DNA of 64,000 nt from Planctomycetota bacterium (GTDB lineage: Bacteria; Planctomycetota; B15-G4), in contig JAQWOM010000009.1 of assembly GCA_029245865.1 (NCBI GenBank), positions 86,398-150,397 on the forward strand, given 5' to 3'. The position numbers were made by a program, and so were the translations under genes. Under the pieces are notes generated by a model. That model searched no databases, was not told the origin of the DNA, and saw only the letters and a program-made list of their open reading frames with translations. Positions 27,779 through 37,714 of this stretch are shown in pieces (within the stretch, counting starts at the first letter, position 1; the number at the start of each line of letters is the position of its first letter).

Positions 27779-28789
27779 TCATGGCCTGAGGCGTCCCTCT
27801 CTCGCTGAATTTCCGCCTCCCAGTTCCCTGAGCGGGTCATTCCAGAGCACCTCATGAGTGCGCAGGCTCTTCTGCAACCGAACCCGAACATCGTGCAACA
27901 GGAGACTGCGTCGCACGCCGGGAAGAGCCCCGTAGGCCGAAATAAACAAACGGACTCCGCGCCGAAGTTCGAATCCGCGACCTTTGCGTGCGAGACCAGG
28001 AAGCAGTCCGCTCTTCACCAAAGAGCGTGCGAACCGTGCGAGTGATCGCACCCGTTCAACATGCGAAGGCGGCTCACCCACAGAGCAACGATCTAGGTCA
28101 AGAACAACAAGCGCTCTGTCAGCGGCCGGCACCTCACCGACACACACACTGGGAACGAGCAAGTTCTTCACCTGGAGGTCTCTGTGATGCAGGCCCGCAT
28201 CATGCAGCATGCGCAACGTCTGGCCAGAATCCACAGCCAGTTGATCCCATGAAGGGACATGACCGACGTCTTCCTGATTTCCGACTGGCTGCTTTTCCTC
28301 GAACTCGCCTCGCAACAAGCCCTGCAAGACGTTGAGCAGGTCGCGTGCGCCCTCGACACGCGCCGTGGCAATCTCAAGCTTGACCAGCCCAGCGACTCCC
28401 CGAGTTATGCGGGCTGCTACGACGGGCGGCGTCGGACAATCGCGCCGCATCAATTCTTCAGCAACTGCAGCCTCACGCAAAGGCCGCTTGGCATCCATGT
28501 ACCAGTGGCGAAGCACGCCACCGATGAGGCCCCCGCGGCTATAAGCCTTGGCAACGATTTCACCACGCGACGTGCGCAACACATGCACAGGGCCACGGCC
28601 TGACAGCCCGTGCTCCACGGGCACGCCCCAGGCCGCGAGCGGAGAGCCTTCAAGCATGGCCTCGACTGGAAGCGCCTCTTTCCAGTCACGCCGCAGAAGC
28701 AGCGTGATGGGGCCTCTGGTGAGCACCTCATGGGTCTCAGCGAGCGCGACGGGCATTTCCTCGGATGGCATGGAGACATGATCGCGCAC
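27779..28789 (-). CDS. Lipopolysaccharide kinase (Kdo/WaaP/InaA) family protein
   Basis: Catalytic loop LHHRDLQVKNLLV and VLDLDR. Divergent from a GT9 heptosyltransferase gene. Confidence 0.65.
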   Translation of the reverse strand: MRDHVSMPSEEMPVALAETHEVLTRGPITLLLRRDWKEALPVEAMLEGSPLAAWGVPVEHGLSGRGPVHVLRTSRGEIVAKAYSRGGLIGGVLRHWYMDAKRPLREAAVAEELMRRDCPTPPVVAARITRGVAGLVKLEIATARVEGARDLLNVLQGLLRGEFEEKQPVGNQEDVGHVPSWDQLAVDSGQTLRMLHDAGLHHRDLQVKNLLVPSVCVGEVPAADRALVVLDLDRCSVGEPPSHVERVRSLARFARSLVKSGLLPGLARKGRGFELRRGVRLFISAYGALPGVRRSLLLHDVRVRLQKSLRTHEVLWNDPLRELGGGNSAREGRLRP

Positions 28790-28832
28790 CGCGCGCTTCT
28801 ATCCAACGGGCGTGGATTGCTAGCCTGATCTT

Positions 28833-29915
28833 GTGGCCGACTACGCGTCCATTCTCGTCGTACGGCTGTCCTCCCTGGGGGACGTCCTCTTCGCCCTTCC
28901 TGCCGTCCAGGCCCTTCTGGCCAGCGGCAAGGCCGAACGCGTCTCCTGGCTCGTGGAGGACCGAGCCGAAGCCCTGGTGCGCAATCTGCCAGGGCTTCAC
29001 GAGATTGTGGTCTTCCCACGCAGAAACCGCGCCCGCTGGCCAGCCCATGCGGCAGCCCTCCGGGCCCGCCGCGACGATGTGGTTCTGGACCTTCAAGGAA
29101 ACCTGAAGAGTCGGCTGCAGCTCATGCTGATGCATGCGCCACGCAAGATCGGCTTTGATGCTCCCCTGGCAAAAGAGGGTGCCCAGCGGGCCCTGACCGA
29201 ACGCTTCCTTCCGCCAGCCAATGTAAAACACCGCATCGCTGCCAATATCAGCATCCTCTCGCAACTCGGAATCAACGTCCCGCTGCCCGCGACTCGCCCC
29301 GCCGTCACGCTCGGACACCCTCTCTCAGACACACGCATTGCCGGTGGACGCCCACGCATCGTCTTGCATCCCGGCACCAGTGCATTTGGCCAACTCAAGC
29401 GCTGGTCTTCAGAGAACTTTGCAGCGCTGGGCGATCGACTCGTCCAGGCCATGGACGCAGAAATCTTTGTGAGCGGAGGACCAAGTGAGCATTCACTTGT
29501 CCAAGGAGTTCTCGCTGACATGAAGTCACCCGCGCGAGTTCTCGAAAGTGCGGGACTCGGGGATCTCGCAGACGAACTACGTGCCACTGATCTTCTTATC
29601 GCGGCAGATTCGCTTCCTTTGCATTTGGCCAATGCCTTGGGCACGCCTGTCCTCGGCCTCTACGGGCCCAAGGACCCCGCCGTCACCGGCCCCTACTTTG
29701 ATCACTCCGCCGTGGTGCGATCGGGAGTCGCCTGCAGCCCATGCACGCTTCGCCGCTGCAGTGATCCCATTTGCATGGAACGCCTTTCGGTAGATTCCGT
29801 CGTCGCGACCGCAACCCAGCTGATTGAGGCTGAACGGTCGGCGACAGCCCAAGAGCCCACGGAAAACCGCCCTAAGACTCTTCCTTCATCGCCCTTCGGC
29901 ACACCGAAACCGTGA
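28833..29915 (+). CDS. Glycosyltransferase family 9 (LPS heptosyltransferase, WaaC/WaaF-like)
   Basis: GTG start. ILVVRLSSLGDVLFALPA N-terminus and the C-terminal LHLANALGTPVLGLYGP...SPC motif typical of ADP-heptose:LPS heptosyltransferases. Confidence 0.8.
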   Translation: MADYASILVVRLSSLGDVLFALPAVQALLASGKAERVSWLVEDRAEALVRNLPGLHEIVVFPRRNRARWPAHAAALRARRDDVVLDLQGNLKSRLQLMLMHAPRKIGFDAPLAKEGAQRALTERFLPPANVKHRIAANISILSQLGINVPLPATRPAVTLGHPLSDTRIAGGRPRIVLHPGTSAFGQLKRWSSENFAALGDRLVQAMDAEIFVSGGPSEHSLVQGVLADMKSPARVLESAGLGDLADELRATDLLIAADSLPLHLANALGTPVLGLYGPKDPAVTGPYFDHSAVVRSGVACSPCTLRRCSDPICMERLSVDSVVATATQLIEAERSATAQEPTENRPKTLPSSPFGTPKP

Positions 29916-32896
29916 TCCCGCCCGAAGAGATCGGCCGCATTGCCAAGGACCGAGCAAACGGCGTCCTCGATGAGACCGGTTGTCGTGAAGTGCTGCAGCG
30001 TGCCGGATTTGAAGACGGTGACGCTGCGCGGAGTGCGCTCGACCACCTGCTGAACACTCCCAACCTGGAATGTGATGCCCAGAACCTTCTGGTCGGTTGC
30101 GCATCGGCCGCCGACCCCGCACGAGCACTCAACAACACAGCCCGCTTGCTGAGCGAGTCCGAACGCCCTCGATGCCTCGTCGCTCCCGCAGAGCTTACGA
30201 AGTTCCTGGGAGCCAGCCAGCACATGGCTGACCTCCTCATCAGCCGCCCGGAGTTACTTGCGGATTTGAGTCAGTGCTTTGATCCAGCCACTTCGACCGA
30301 ACGCTACCTCGCGGCGGGTGCTGGAGACGACCGCGAGCTCGCACTGCGTCATGCACAGCAGCAAGACCTGCTTGCGATCGCATGGCAAAACCTTGTCCTC
30401 GATCTCGATGTCGAACAAACCACCATCCTTATCTCAAGACTTGCAGACGCCATCATCACAGGCGCCTCCAGAGGCCTTGGTGCAAACCGCCACTTTGCGG
30501 TCATTGGACTCGGCAAACTCGGTGGAATCGAACTCAACTACAGCAGCGACATCGATCTCATCTTCGTGCGCCCCGAATATGCAAAAGATCAAGCGGTCGC
30601 CGACAACGTTGCACGACGACTCGTCAAACTCCTCTCGAGACAGACCGCCGACGGACACCTGTATCGTGTCGACATGCGGCTGCGACCAGAAGGTGCAGCA
30701 GGAACGCTGACACGCACTGTCAGCAGTTGCCTTGCGTATTACCGCGAAATGGGCCGACCTTGGGAACGCCAGATGCTCACCAAGGGGCGATGCATCACCG
30801 AATCTGAGCCAGACCCGGACCAAAGCGGCCTGGGTGCCGGAGAGGCCTTCCTGCAGGGCACGCGCCAGTGGACCCTGGAGTGCGGCATGGACGCCGGTGC
30901 CGTACGTCAGTTCAAACGCCTGAAAAGTGCCACCGAAGAACGCTACCGCACAGATGCCCAGGAAGGCCTCGACGTCAAGCAAGCTCCTGGAGGCATACGC
31001 GACATTGAGACCATTGCGCAGTTCGTCGCGCTGGTTCATGCATCCAAGAACCCGTGGCTCCTGTGCAACTCAACGCTCCATGGCCTGGAGCGCCTGAGGC
31101 TTGCTGGAGCGCTCACCAGCCTTGAGACAGCACGGTTGCGCAGGGCTTATCTTTTTCACCGAAAAGTCGAGAACCTGCTGCAGGTCATGCACCGCGTCCA
31201 GACGCATCGACTGCCCGTCAATCGACTGCCTCTGAGTCGATTAATGGGCATCAAGGATCCCTTGAGCTTCGAAGAAGAGTTAAACGAACACTGCCGCCGT
31301 GTTCGCACCATCTTCAATGTGCACTTTGAACATTCCTTTCCCGTTCATGAGGGGGCTGCTGCGCGAATACCGCATCTTTTGCTCTCTGCCGAGCCCAATG
31401 AAGAGGCCTTTGAATCCGCACTCACAGATCTCGGTTTTGCAAACCCCCTGGCTAGCCTCACCGTGCTTCGGCGGGCAGCAAGTCCGGCCTCGCGCTTTTT
31501 GCCAGACAGCCCACGCCTTGCGTCGAGTTTTGCAAACGTGGCTCCAGATCTTCTCGACCGGCTGGCTCTGACCGCCGATGCAGATGCAGCGCTCGACCGA
31601 TTCGAACGCATGACGCGTGGCGTAGGCGCACGTGAGATCCTGTACACCCAGTTGCGCGAAGAACCTCGACTGCTCGACTTGCTGTGCCACCTCGCAGATG
31701 GCTCCCCGCTCCTCGCAGAAATGCTTGAGCACGAGCCTCAGTTGTTAGACGAATTCATGGACACGCTGCTTACGGGCATGCGCGGCCGCCGCCGCCGGCG
31801 AGAACTTCTCACTCAGATCCAAGCCGACCCCTGGGTGGCACTTTCTGACTACAAGAAACTCGAAACCCTGCATACAGGAGTGCGTGATCTCGCAGGCGAC
31901 ATCCAAACTCCCGTCGTCCTGGCCGAGTTGAGTCACCTGTGCATCGACATCTTGCGACGAGCCTTTGAGCTTGTGATGGAAAACACGATCAGCGAGCAAG
32001 GCACGCCCGAGACCATCCGTGGGATTGCGGCCAAAGTCCAGGCGCACATGGTGGTGATTGCCCTTGGCAAAGTCGGAGGCCTCGAAGCCAACTATGGCAG
32101 CGATGCAGATGTGCTTTTCGTCTACAGCGGCGATGGTCAAACAGACCGCGGCATTCCCAACAACGTCTTTTTTGCCAAGGTCGCTGGCGACTTCATGGCT
32201 CGACTCAATGGCAGCGCCGGATCTCCGCGCCTTTACAAAATGGATGCCCGGTTGCGCCCCGAAGGCAGTTCGGGCCCGCTGGTCACCAGCCTACGCGGAT
32301 TCGAGAGTTACTACCGCTCACCTCGCGCGGCACTGTTTGAACATCAAGCCATGCTGAAAGCCCGCGTGGTCGCCGGTGACTCGGCCTTAGGGCAACGCGT
32401 TCTCGCCTCGATTCGCAATTCGCTCAGACAGCTGACCCTTCCAGAAAACCTGGCCACTGACATGCGAGAGATGCGCGACAAGATCGAAGCCAAGGCTCAT
32501 GGACACGATCTCAAACGTGGGACGGGAGGCATGGTCGACATCGAACAGGCCACGCAGTTTTTGCAACTTCGCAATGCGGCTGCTCAGCCAGCCGTACTCG
32601 TCCAGGAAACGCCTCGTGCTCTTGAGATGCTCGCGGATCACGGGGCAATCTCCGCTGAAGAAGCACGCTGGCTAGAAGACACATACATCTTCTTCCGCCG
32701 AGTCGAGACACGTCTTCAGATTGCTCTCGGGCTGGATACGAAACAACTCCCGACCGACACGCTCGCCCTGAGAAAACTCGCCCTCCGACTGGGATTTGCA
32801 GACAGCGCGGAAGGGGATGCCGGCCATTTATTCCTCACGGAACTCGAGGAAACGTCCATGGCGACCCGAGCGCGCTGGGAATCTTTGGTTGTTTGA
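29912..32896 (+). CDS. glnE: Bifunctional glutamine synthetase adenylyltransferase / adenylyl-removing enzyme
   Basis: 994 aa. Duplicated nucleotidyltransferase modules GLGKLGGIELNYSSDIDLIFV and ALGKVGGLEANYGSDADVLFVY. Start overlaps the heptosyltransferase stop by 4 nt. Confidence 0.9.
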   Translation: MIPPEEIGRIAKDRANGVLDETGCREVLQRAGFEDGDAARSALDHLLNTPNLECDAQNLLVGCASAADPARALNNTARLLSESERPRCLVAPAELTKFLGASQHMADLLISRPELLADLSQCFDPATSTERYLAAGAGDDRELALRHAQQQDLLAIAWQNLVLDLDVEQTTILISRLADAIITGASRGLGANRHFAVIGLGKLGGIELNYSSDIDLIFVRPEYAKDQAVADNVARRLVKLLSRQTADGHLYRVDMRLRPEGAAGTLTRTVSSCLAYYREMGRPWERQMLTKGRCITESEPDPDQSGLGAGEAFLQGTRQWTLECGMDAGAVRQFKRLKSATEERYRTDAQEGLDVKQAPGGIRDIETIAQFVALVHASKNPWLLCNSTLHGLERLRLAGALTSLETARLRRAYLFHRKVENLLQVMHRVQTHRLPVNRLPLSRLMGIKDPLSFEEELNEHCRRVRTIFNVHFEHSFPVHEGAAARIPHLLLSAEPNEEAFESALTDLGFANPLASLTVLRRAASPASRFLPDSPRLASSFANVAPDLLDRLALTADADAALDRFERMTRGVGAREILYTQLREEPRLLDLLCHLADGSPLLAEMLEHEPQLLDEFMDTLLTGMRGRRRRRELLTQIQADPWVALSDYKKLETLHTGVRDLAGDIQTPVVLAELSHLCIDILRRAFELVMENTISEQGTPETIRGIAAKVQAHMVVIALGKVGGLEANYGSDADVLFVYSGDGQTDRGIPNNVFFAKVAGDFMARLNGSAGSPRLYKMDARLRPEGSSGPLVTSLRGFESYYRSPRAALFEHQAMLKARVVAGDSALGQRVLASIRNSLRQLTLPENLATDMREMRDKIEAKAHGHDLKRGTGGMVDIEQATQFLQLRNAAAQPAVLVQETPRALEMLADHGAISAEEARWLEDTYIFFRRVETRLQIALGLDTKQLPTDTLALRKLALRLGFADSAEGDAGHLFLTELEETSMATRARWESLVV

Positions 32897-32935
32897 AGAC
32901 CCCCGAGCGGCTGGGTCATGCCGCTCTTTTGCAGA

Positions 32936-34012
32936 TCAGCGAAAGGCCTGGGCAGCTTCTTCAGCGCTCGCGGTGAACTGCGGTGCTCCAGAAAGCTGCC
33001 AACTGACATCGCCCCGCACAGTGATCCGGAACTCGATACGCCAATCAATACCGCCCAACAGCACGCCATCCCTCGAGAGGGCCGTTTGCATGTCGGCGAG
33101 GACACGCATGCCGTGCAGCTTTTCAAAAGCAGGCGTGTTTGCGTCCAAACGCGGTTCAATATTACTGATGAACAACGCATTTTCGTAAAGAGTGAGCGAT
33201 GGTTCAGCCGGGCTTGGCTGCCATCCCATGTCCTGAACGATGGAATGGCCACGAAAGATTCGGTAGCGGATCGCGTTCAACACGCGAATCTCTTTTTCGG
33301 GAGGCTCCTCTCCGGGGCTTTTGAGCACAAGCTTGACCCGAGGCGCCGTGGCGTCTTCGCTGCCACCAACGAAAAGGGTCAATCGCCCTCCCAGCAATTC
33401 ATCTGCTTCTGGTGCCGTGAAGGTGGAAAAAACGTGAACCAACTCGACACGCCCCACTGCATCGTGCTCGGCTTGGTTTGCGAGTTCCTCCAGAGCCAAC
33501 TCGGCTTCCAAGGAGTCGGTGAAAGACATCACCGCCTGATCCACCAGCGTGCTGCCCGTAGGCCCATCGTCCAGTGGGGAACGCTTACCCACAATCGCTT
33601 CTGCGCGCGAGATCGCCTTGGCAATGGCCTCCTCGCGAAGGGTTTTCAGGCGAGATAAAGTGACTTCGTAGAGCTGCTCTACGGCAGTGCCGTACGCCTT
33701 CCACTCCGACTTGTGCCAGGCCCGCAAGACAGGATCATTCGTGGACAAACGCTCGGATGGAGCGAGTTCGGCCAGGCTTGCCTCCATCTGAGCCAGATCG
33801 ACTCTTGCGATTCGAATGGTCTGCGAAAGGAGTTTGGCAAGCTCACCCTGCAAGATTTCGACGCGCTTGCGCTCAAAGGCAGCATAGGCCGGCTTTCCTG
33901 GGGCACGTTCGCCCGGGGCACTGCTCTTCGCCTCGTTGCTCACGAGATTACAGCCGGCCCCCGAAAGGAGGGCCGCGGCCAGCGAGACGGCAAGCAAAGT
34001 TGGATAGCGCAT
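32936..34012 (-). CDS. Hypothetical lipoprotein / secreted protein
   Basis: Signal peptide MRYPTLLAVSLAAALLSGAGC. Start placed here, though the ORF-track start 34111 would give an ATGA overlap with the upstream gene. Coiled-coil-rich. No family recognised. Confidence 0.5.
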   Translation of the reverse strand: MRYPTLLAVSLAAALLSGAGCNLVSNEAKSSAPGERAPGKPAYAAFERKRVEILQGELAKLLSQTIRIARVDLAQMEASLAELAPSERLSTNDPVLRAWHKSEWKAYGTAVEQLYEVTLSRLKTLREEAIAKAISRAEAIVGKRSPLDDGPTGSTLVDQAVMSFTDSLEAELALEELANQAEHDAVGRVELVHVFSTFTAPEADELLGGRLTLFVGGSEDATAPRVKLVLKSPGEEPPEKEIRVLNAIRYRIFRGHSIVQDMGWQPSPAEPSLTLYENALFISNIEPRLDANTPAFEKLHGMRVLADMQTALSRDGVLLGGIDWRIEFRITVRGDVSWQLSGAPQFTASAEEAAQAFR

Positions 34013-34107
34013 CGGATCGGCCCCTTGGACGGGATGAGCGGCGGTTTTCGTCCCGGCGGATAACCGGAATCCAACAACGGGGGCCCAGGAAAATCTCCCC
34101 GAGCGGC

Positions 34108-35148
34108 TCACGGAATCAGGCCTGAATTGGCCATCCAGGCCACCGTTTGCTCAAGACCTTCCTCGAAGGAGCGGGCCGAATAGCCCCAGTCTTGCTTGCC
34201 CAGGTCAGAAGCGAAGGCCCAACTGTGACTGTCCATGGCAAAGCGCTCCTTGGTCCGGCTGTCCTGTCCCCCTCCCAGAAGCTTGCCGAACAGACCTCCC
34301 TGTTTCTTGAGGCACTTGGGTGGGGCCACGCCCGCCAATCGAGAGAAAGCCGCAAACAACTCGGCCGCACGCACATTCTCGCCTCCGGCGATGTAGTGCC
34401 AATGCCCCCAACGCGGAGGTGGCCAAACCCCACCATCTTCAGCCTCCATCACCGCCACGTGAGCGGCCGCCACGTCCTCCACATGCACCAGATTCCAGAG
34501 TTGGGTGCCATCCCCCGGCAGGCCGGCATAGCGACCTGCCGCATGGTCGGCCAACATACGCACGATGCGATTCCCTGGACGCAGATCCTCCACCGACTTC
34601 ACGGAACTCAACTGCGGGCCATACATCATGGTTGGAATGATGGCCAAGACTGGCTGACTCAGCGAGACGCGCTGATTCAATGAATTTTCGGCGTCATACT
34701 TGCTCAACTCCTGAGCGTCATGCATGTCGTCTGGGCTGTGCGTCCAGTACTCGTCGTTCACAAAGTCCTTATCGGAGCGCGGCTCACCCGAGCGACCGAT
34801 CGCAAAGTAATGGGAAGTGTGAACGAATCGAGAAACGCCTCTGTCAGCAGCCAACTCCAAGAACTCGGTCACGGCTTGATGATTGACCGCGTCGTAAAGT
34901 TCTGCCGGCTGCCCGTCACGAGTCTCAGCCGCTACGTGAAACACGCGCTCAACACCATCAAGTGCACGCTCGAGCGTATCCCGGTCGGTAATCTCGCCCT
35001 CAACAAGCTCAACGCCTTCGAGGCCCTCACGTGAACTCCCCGGCCGAACGAGCACTCGCACCTTTCGATTGCCATCCAACAACTTGGCAAGCAGGTGCCG
35101 CCCGAGGTATCCCGTTCCTCCGGTGACCAGGTGCAGAGGCACGTTCAA
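34108..35148 (-). CDS. NAD-dependent epimerase/dehydratase family protein (extended SDR)
   Basis: N-terminal VTGGTGYLGRHL Rossmann motif. 346 aa. Confidence 0.75.
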   Translation of the reverse strand: MNVPLHLVTGGTGYLGRHLLAKLLDGNRKVRVLVRPGSSREGLEGVELVEGEITDRDTLERALDGVERVFHVAAETRDGQPAELYDAVNHQAVTEFLELAADRGVSRFVHTSHYFAIGRSGEPRSDKDFVNDEYWTHSPDDMHDAQELSKYDAENSLNQRVSLSQPVLAIIPTMMYGPQLSSVKSVEDLRPGNRIVRMLADHAAGRYAGLPGDGTQLWNLVHVEDVAAAHVAVMEAEDGGVWPPPRWGHWHYIAGGENVRAAELFAAFSRLAGVAPPKCLKKQGGLFGKLLGGGQDSRTKERFAMDSHSWAFASDLGKQDWGYSARSFEEGLEQTVAWMANSGLIP

Positions 35149-37631
35149 TTCTCCTCAAACGGCAAGGCCACGCCGTCCACGTCTGTCTCGGACAAATCGA
35201 TGCCGTAGCGTTCAAGCACAGTAGGTCCTACGTCCATCAGGCTAGAACGCGCGGGCTCGGTCAGCTTGCGGTTGCTGAAAAACACGCCAGCAACATGCTC
35301 AGGGTCGACCGACACATGCCCACCACTCCAGTGTTTCGTGTTGTCGACAACTCCCGCTTTGTCGAGCCCACCCAACGTGTTTGACCAGCTCACACGGTAG
35401 TAGGGCTCAAAGCCGAGGAAGATGTCCGCGAATCCGTCGTGCTCCACGGCTTTCGTGACTCCATTGGCCGTTCGTTCCGCCTCACCTTCCACGACCCACG
35501 GACCATCAAAGAGCTCACCGCGAGGCGAGGCAGAGGTCACAACCTTGGGACCGCCCGGTCCATCTGTCACCTCGAGCAACGCGGCCTGAATAGCTGCGAC
35601 CACTTCGTCGTACTGCTCGGGGGGAACAATCCCATTCGGTTCGCGACCCTGAAGGTTGATGAAGATCTTGCCCAGCCCCATGGAGTACGCCTTGGTCTTG
35701 GACCAGTCCACGTACATCAGCATGTCTGCGCTGCCACTGGCCAAGACCTCGTCCACTGTCTTGCCACCCTTGAAGGTCATAAAGCCTGTCTCGGCCAGCA
35801 AGTTGTTCAGATTGACTCCACGGCGGAATGACGTGAAGCCATGGTCGGCAACGATCAGCAGCATGCAGTCGTCACCGAGTTCGCCGGCTCGAATCTTGTC
35901 CATCACTCCACCCACAATGCGATCGGACTCGATGTAGACCTCCGGGAGGGCGTCTTTCAGCGGGAACTCTCGGCCCCACGCACTCACCATCGTGTTGGCA
36001 TAAGCCTCGTCGTACTTGGGGTGACCTGGGTCGAACTCACGATAAAGCATGTGGCCGATGCGATCAGTGGTGCTGAAAACCTGGTAGTACACGTCCCAGT
36101 CGGCTGAATGCTCGAGGCTCCAGGCAAGAATCTCTTCGCGTCTCTTCATCGTGGAGACGATGTCGTCCATGAACGACTGTGCCGTGAAGTTGCTGTCTGC
36201 TGCATCTTTCAGGGGATTGGTCATGCACGCCCATCCAAGTGTCTCGTAGGCGTGACCGATCCCGTTGGCCAACTCTGCCGAGAACTCGGGTGGCGAACTG
36301 ATCGGGAGGTACTCAGGCGGATTGTAGGGGTCGATATTGACCGGCGGCACGAAGATGCGCACCTCTTCCTCATCACAACGAATCAGGTGAAAGCGGGCGA
36401 CAGCATGCGAGTTGAACATGTCGTTGAATTTGAACTCAACTGGAATGAACTCGCTCCACTCCCCTTCTTTCAGGATGAACTGACTTCCGTCCACATCGAA
36501 AGTCAGCATCCCGGCCTCTCGATTGACTTCTGCCGAGAAGGTGATGAACGTCTCGAGGCCATTTTTCTTCAACTTGGCGTATTCAGAGTTGAGTTCTTTC
36601 AATGCCTCTTTGGCGGCTTCGGTCTCGGCCTGGGTGTTGTCGCGATGCTGAGCCTGCTGCTCCAGCACGGCCTGCTTCCTCTTGTACTGCTCGTCTAGCA
36701 CCCAGTTTTTGGGGCCCGCCAGGTCGATCAACGCGCGCGTGTCGTCCTTTTGATCGAAGTTGATCTTGATGATGTCCCCGGCCGTGTCCGTCTGATGAGA
36801 CCAGGACCATGGATCATCGGTGTAAACACTCCAACTTCCGGGTGACCCTCCGATGTCCTTCACTCCCAGACCCGAGAGCAGCCGTGTGTTGTCTCCTTCA
36901 TTGTCCGGGGGGAAGGTGGAGGCCACCTGGACACCTGTGAGACGAACTCCTTCGTTGTCGAGATAACTCCACCAGTTGGTGCCCTGCATCGGGTTCACTT
37001 CGTACGGCACCGTCTCGGGAAGTTTCTCCGTGTGATCCACCGCCCAGAGCCAACCGCCGACGGCGCCAAGCAAGGCGAGGACCAGCACGACGATCTTGTT
37101 CAACTTGAACAACATCCGGAGCACCACGAGCAACGCCACCAGCGGAATAAGAGCAGCGATGAGCCGGAAGGTCTCCGGAGATTCGAGCGCCATCGGAAAG
37201 GGAACGAATTCGTTAGCTGGAATCTCATCCGGGAAACCCAACATCGGTTGAGGCAGCGGGTTGCCGATGCGCTCACCATTGCCATTGCGAACGAACATCC
37301 GGCTCACGAAGCCACCAACCCCGGTCTTGCCTGGGTTCGCTCCGGTGTTGAACACCGCCCAACTCACGGGTGATTGAGCCGGGTTGCTTGTCTCGAGGCG
37401 TTGGAAAGTGCCCTCTTCGGCAAGCTGCTTGAGATTCGGCAGAAGCCCCTCATTCATGAACCGCTGGGTGAGCCCATGGTCCATACCATCGAATCCAAGA
37501 ATGAGCGTTCGGGCCGAGTCAGCGACCGCTGGAGGAAGCCGCAAGGGCTCCGGAGCGGGCTCTGAAGCAGCGGATGCGGCCCCTAGCGGGCTCAAGGCAA
37601 AAGCGAGAAAACAGAACAAGAGTCGTGACAT
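35145..37631 (-). CDS. Alkaline-phosphatase superfamily protein (type I phosphodiesterase / nucleotide pyrophosphatase-like) with an internal TM hairpin and coiled coil
   Basis: 828 aa. Signal peptide. LILGFDGMDHG...TSNPAQSPVSWAVFNTGANPGKTG (metal-binding Ser/Thr region) and LLIVADHGF. Two hydrophobic helices inserted at about aa 150-200 and a coiled-coil segment mid-protein. Confidence 0.7.
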   Translation of the reverse strand: MSRLLFCFLAFALSPLGAASAASEPAPEPLRLPPAVADSARTLILGFDGMDHGLTQRFMNEGLLPNLKQLAEEGTFQRLETSNPAQSPVSWAVFNTGANPGKTGVGGFVSRMFVRNGNGERIGNPLPQPMLGFPDEIPANEFVPFPMALESPETFRLIAALIPLVALLVVLRMLFKLNKIVVLVLALLGAVGGWLWAVDHTEKLPETVPYEVNPMQGTNWWSYLDNEGVRLTGVQVASTFPPDNEGDNTRLLSGLGVKDIGGSPGSWSVYTDDPWSWSHQTDTAGDIIKINFDQKDDTRALIDLAGPKNWVLDEQYKRKQAVLEQQAQHRDNTQAETEAAKEALKELNSEYAKLKKNGLETFITFSAEVNREAGMLTFDVDGSQFILKEGEWSEFIPVEFKFNDMFNSHAVARFHLIRCDEEEVRIFVPPVNIDPYNPPEYLPISSPPEFSAELANGIGHAYETLGWACMTNPLKDAADSNFTAQSFMDDIVSTMKRREEILAWSLEHSADWDVYYQVFSTTDRIGHMLYREFDPGHPKYDEAYANTMVSAWGREFPLKDALPEVYIESDRIVGGVMDKIRAGELGDDCMLLIVADHGFTSFRRGVNLNNLLAETGFMTFKGGKTVDEVLASGSADMLMYVDWSKTKAYSMGLGKIFINLQGREPNGIVPPEQYDEVVAAIQAALLEVTDGPGGPKVVTSASPRGELFDGPWVVEGEAERTANGVTKAVEHDGFADIFLGFEPYYRVSWSNTLGGLDKAGVVDNTKHWSGGHVSVDPEHVAGVFFSNRKLTEPARSSLMDVGPTVLERYGIDLSETDVDGVALPFEEN

Positions 37632-37714
37632 GTCGCAGGTTTCCGAATCGTCGGAGTGGGGATCCAGTCAATCGGCAAGATAAGGTGCAGCACACCACGC
37701 TTCCAGCGAACCCC

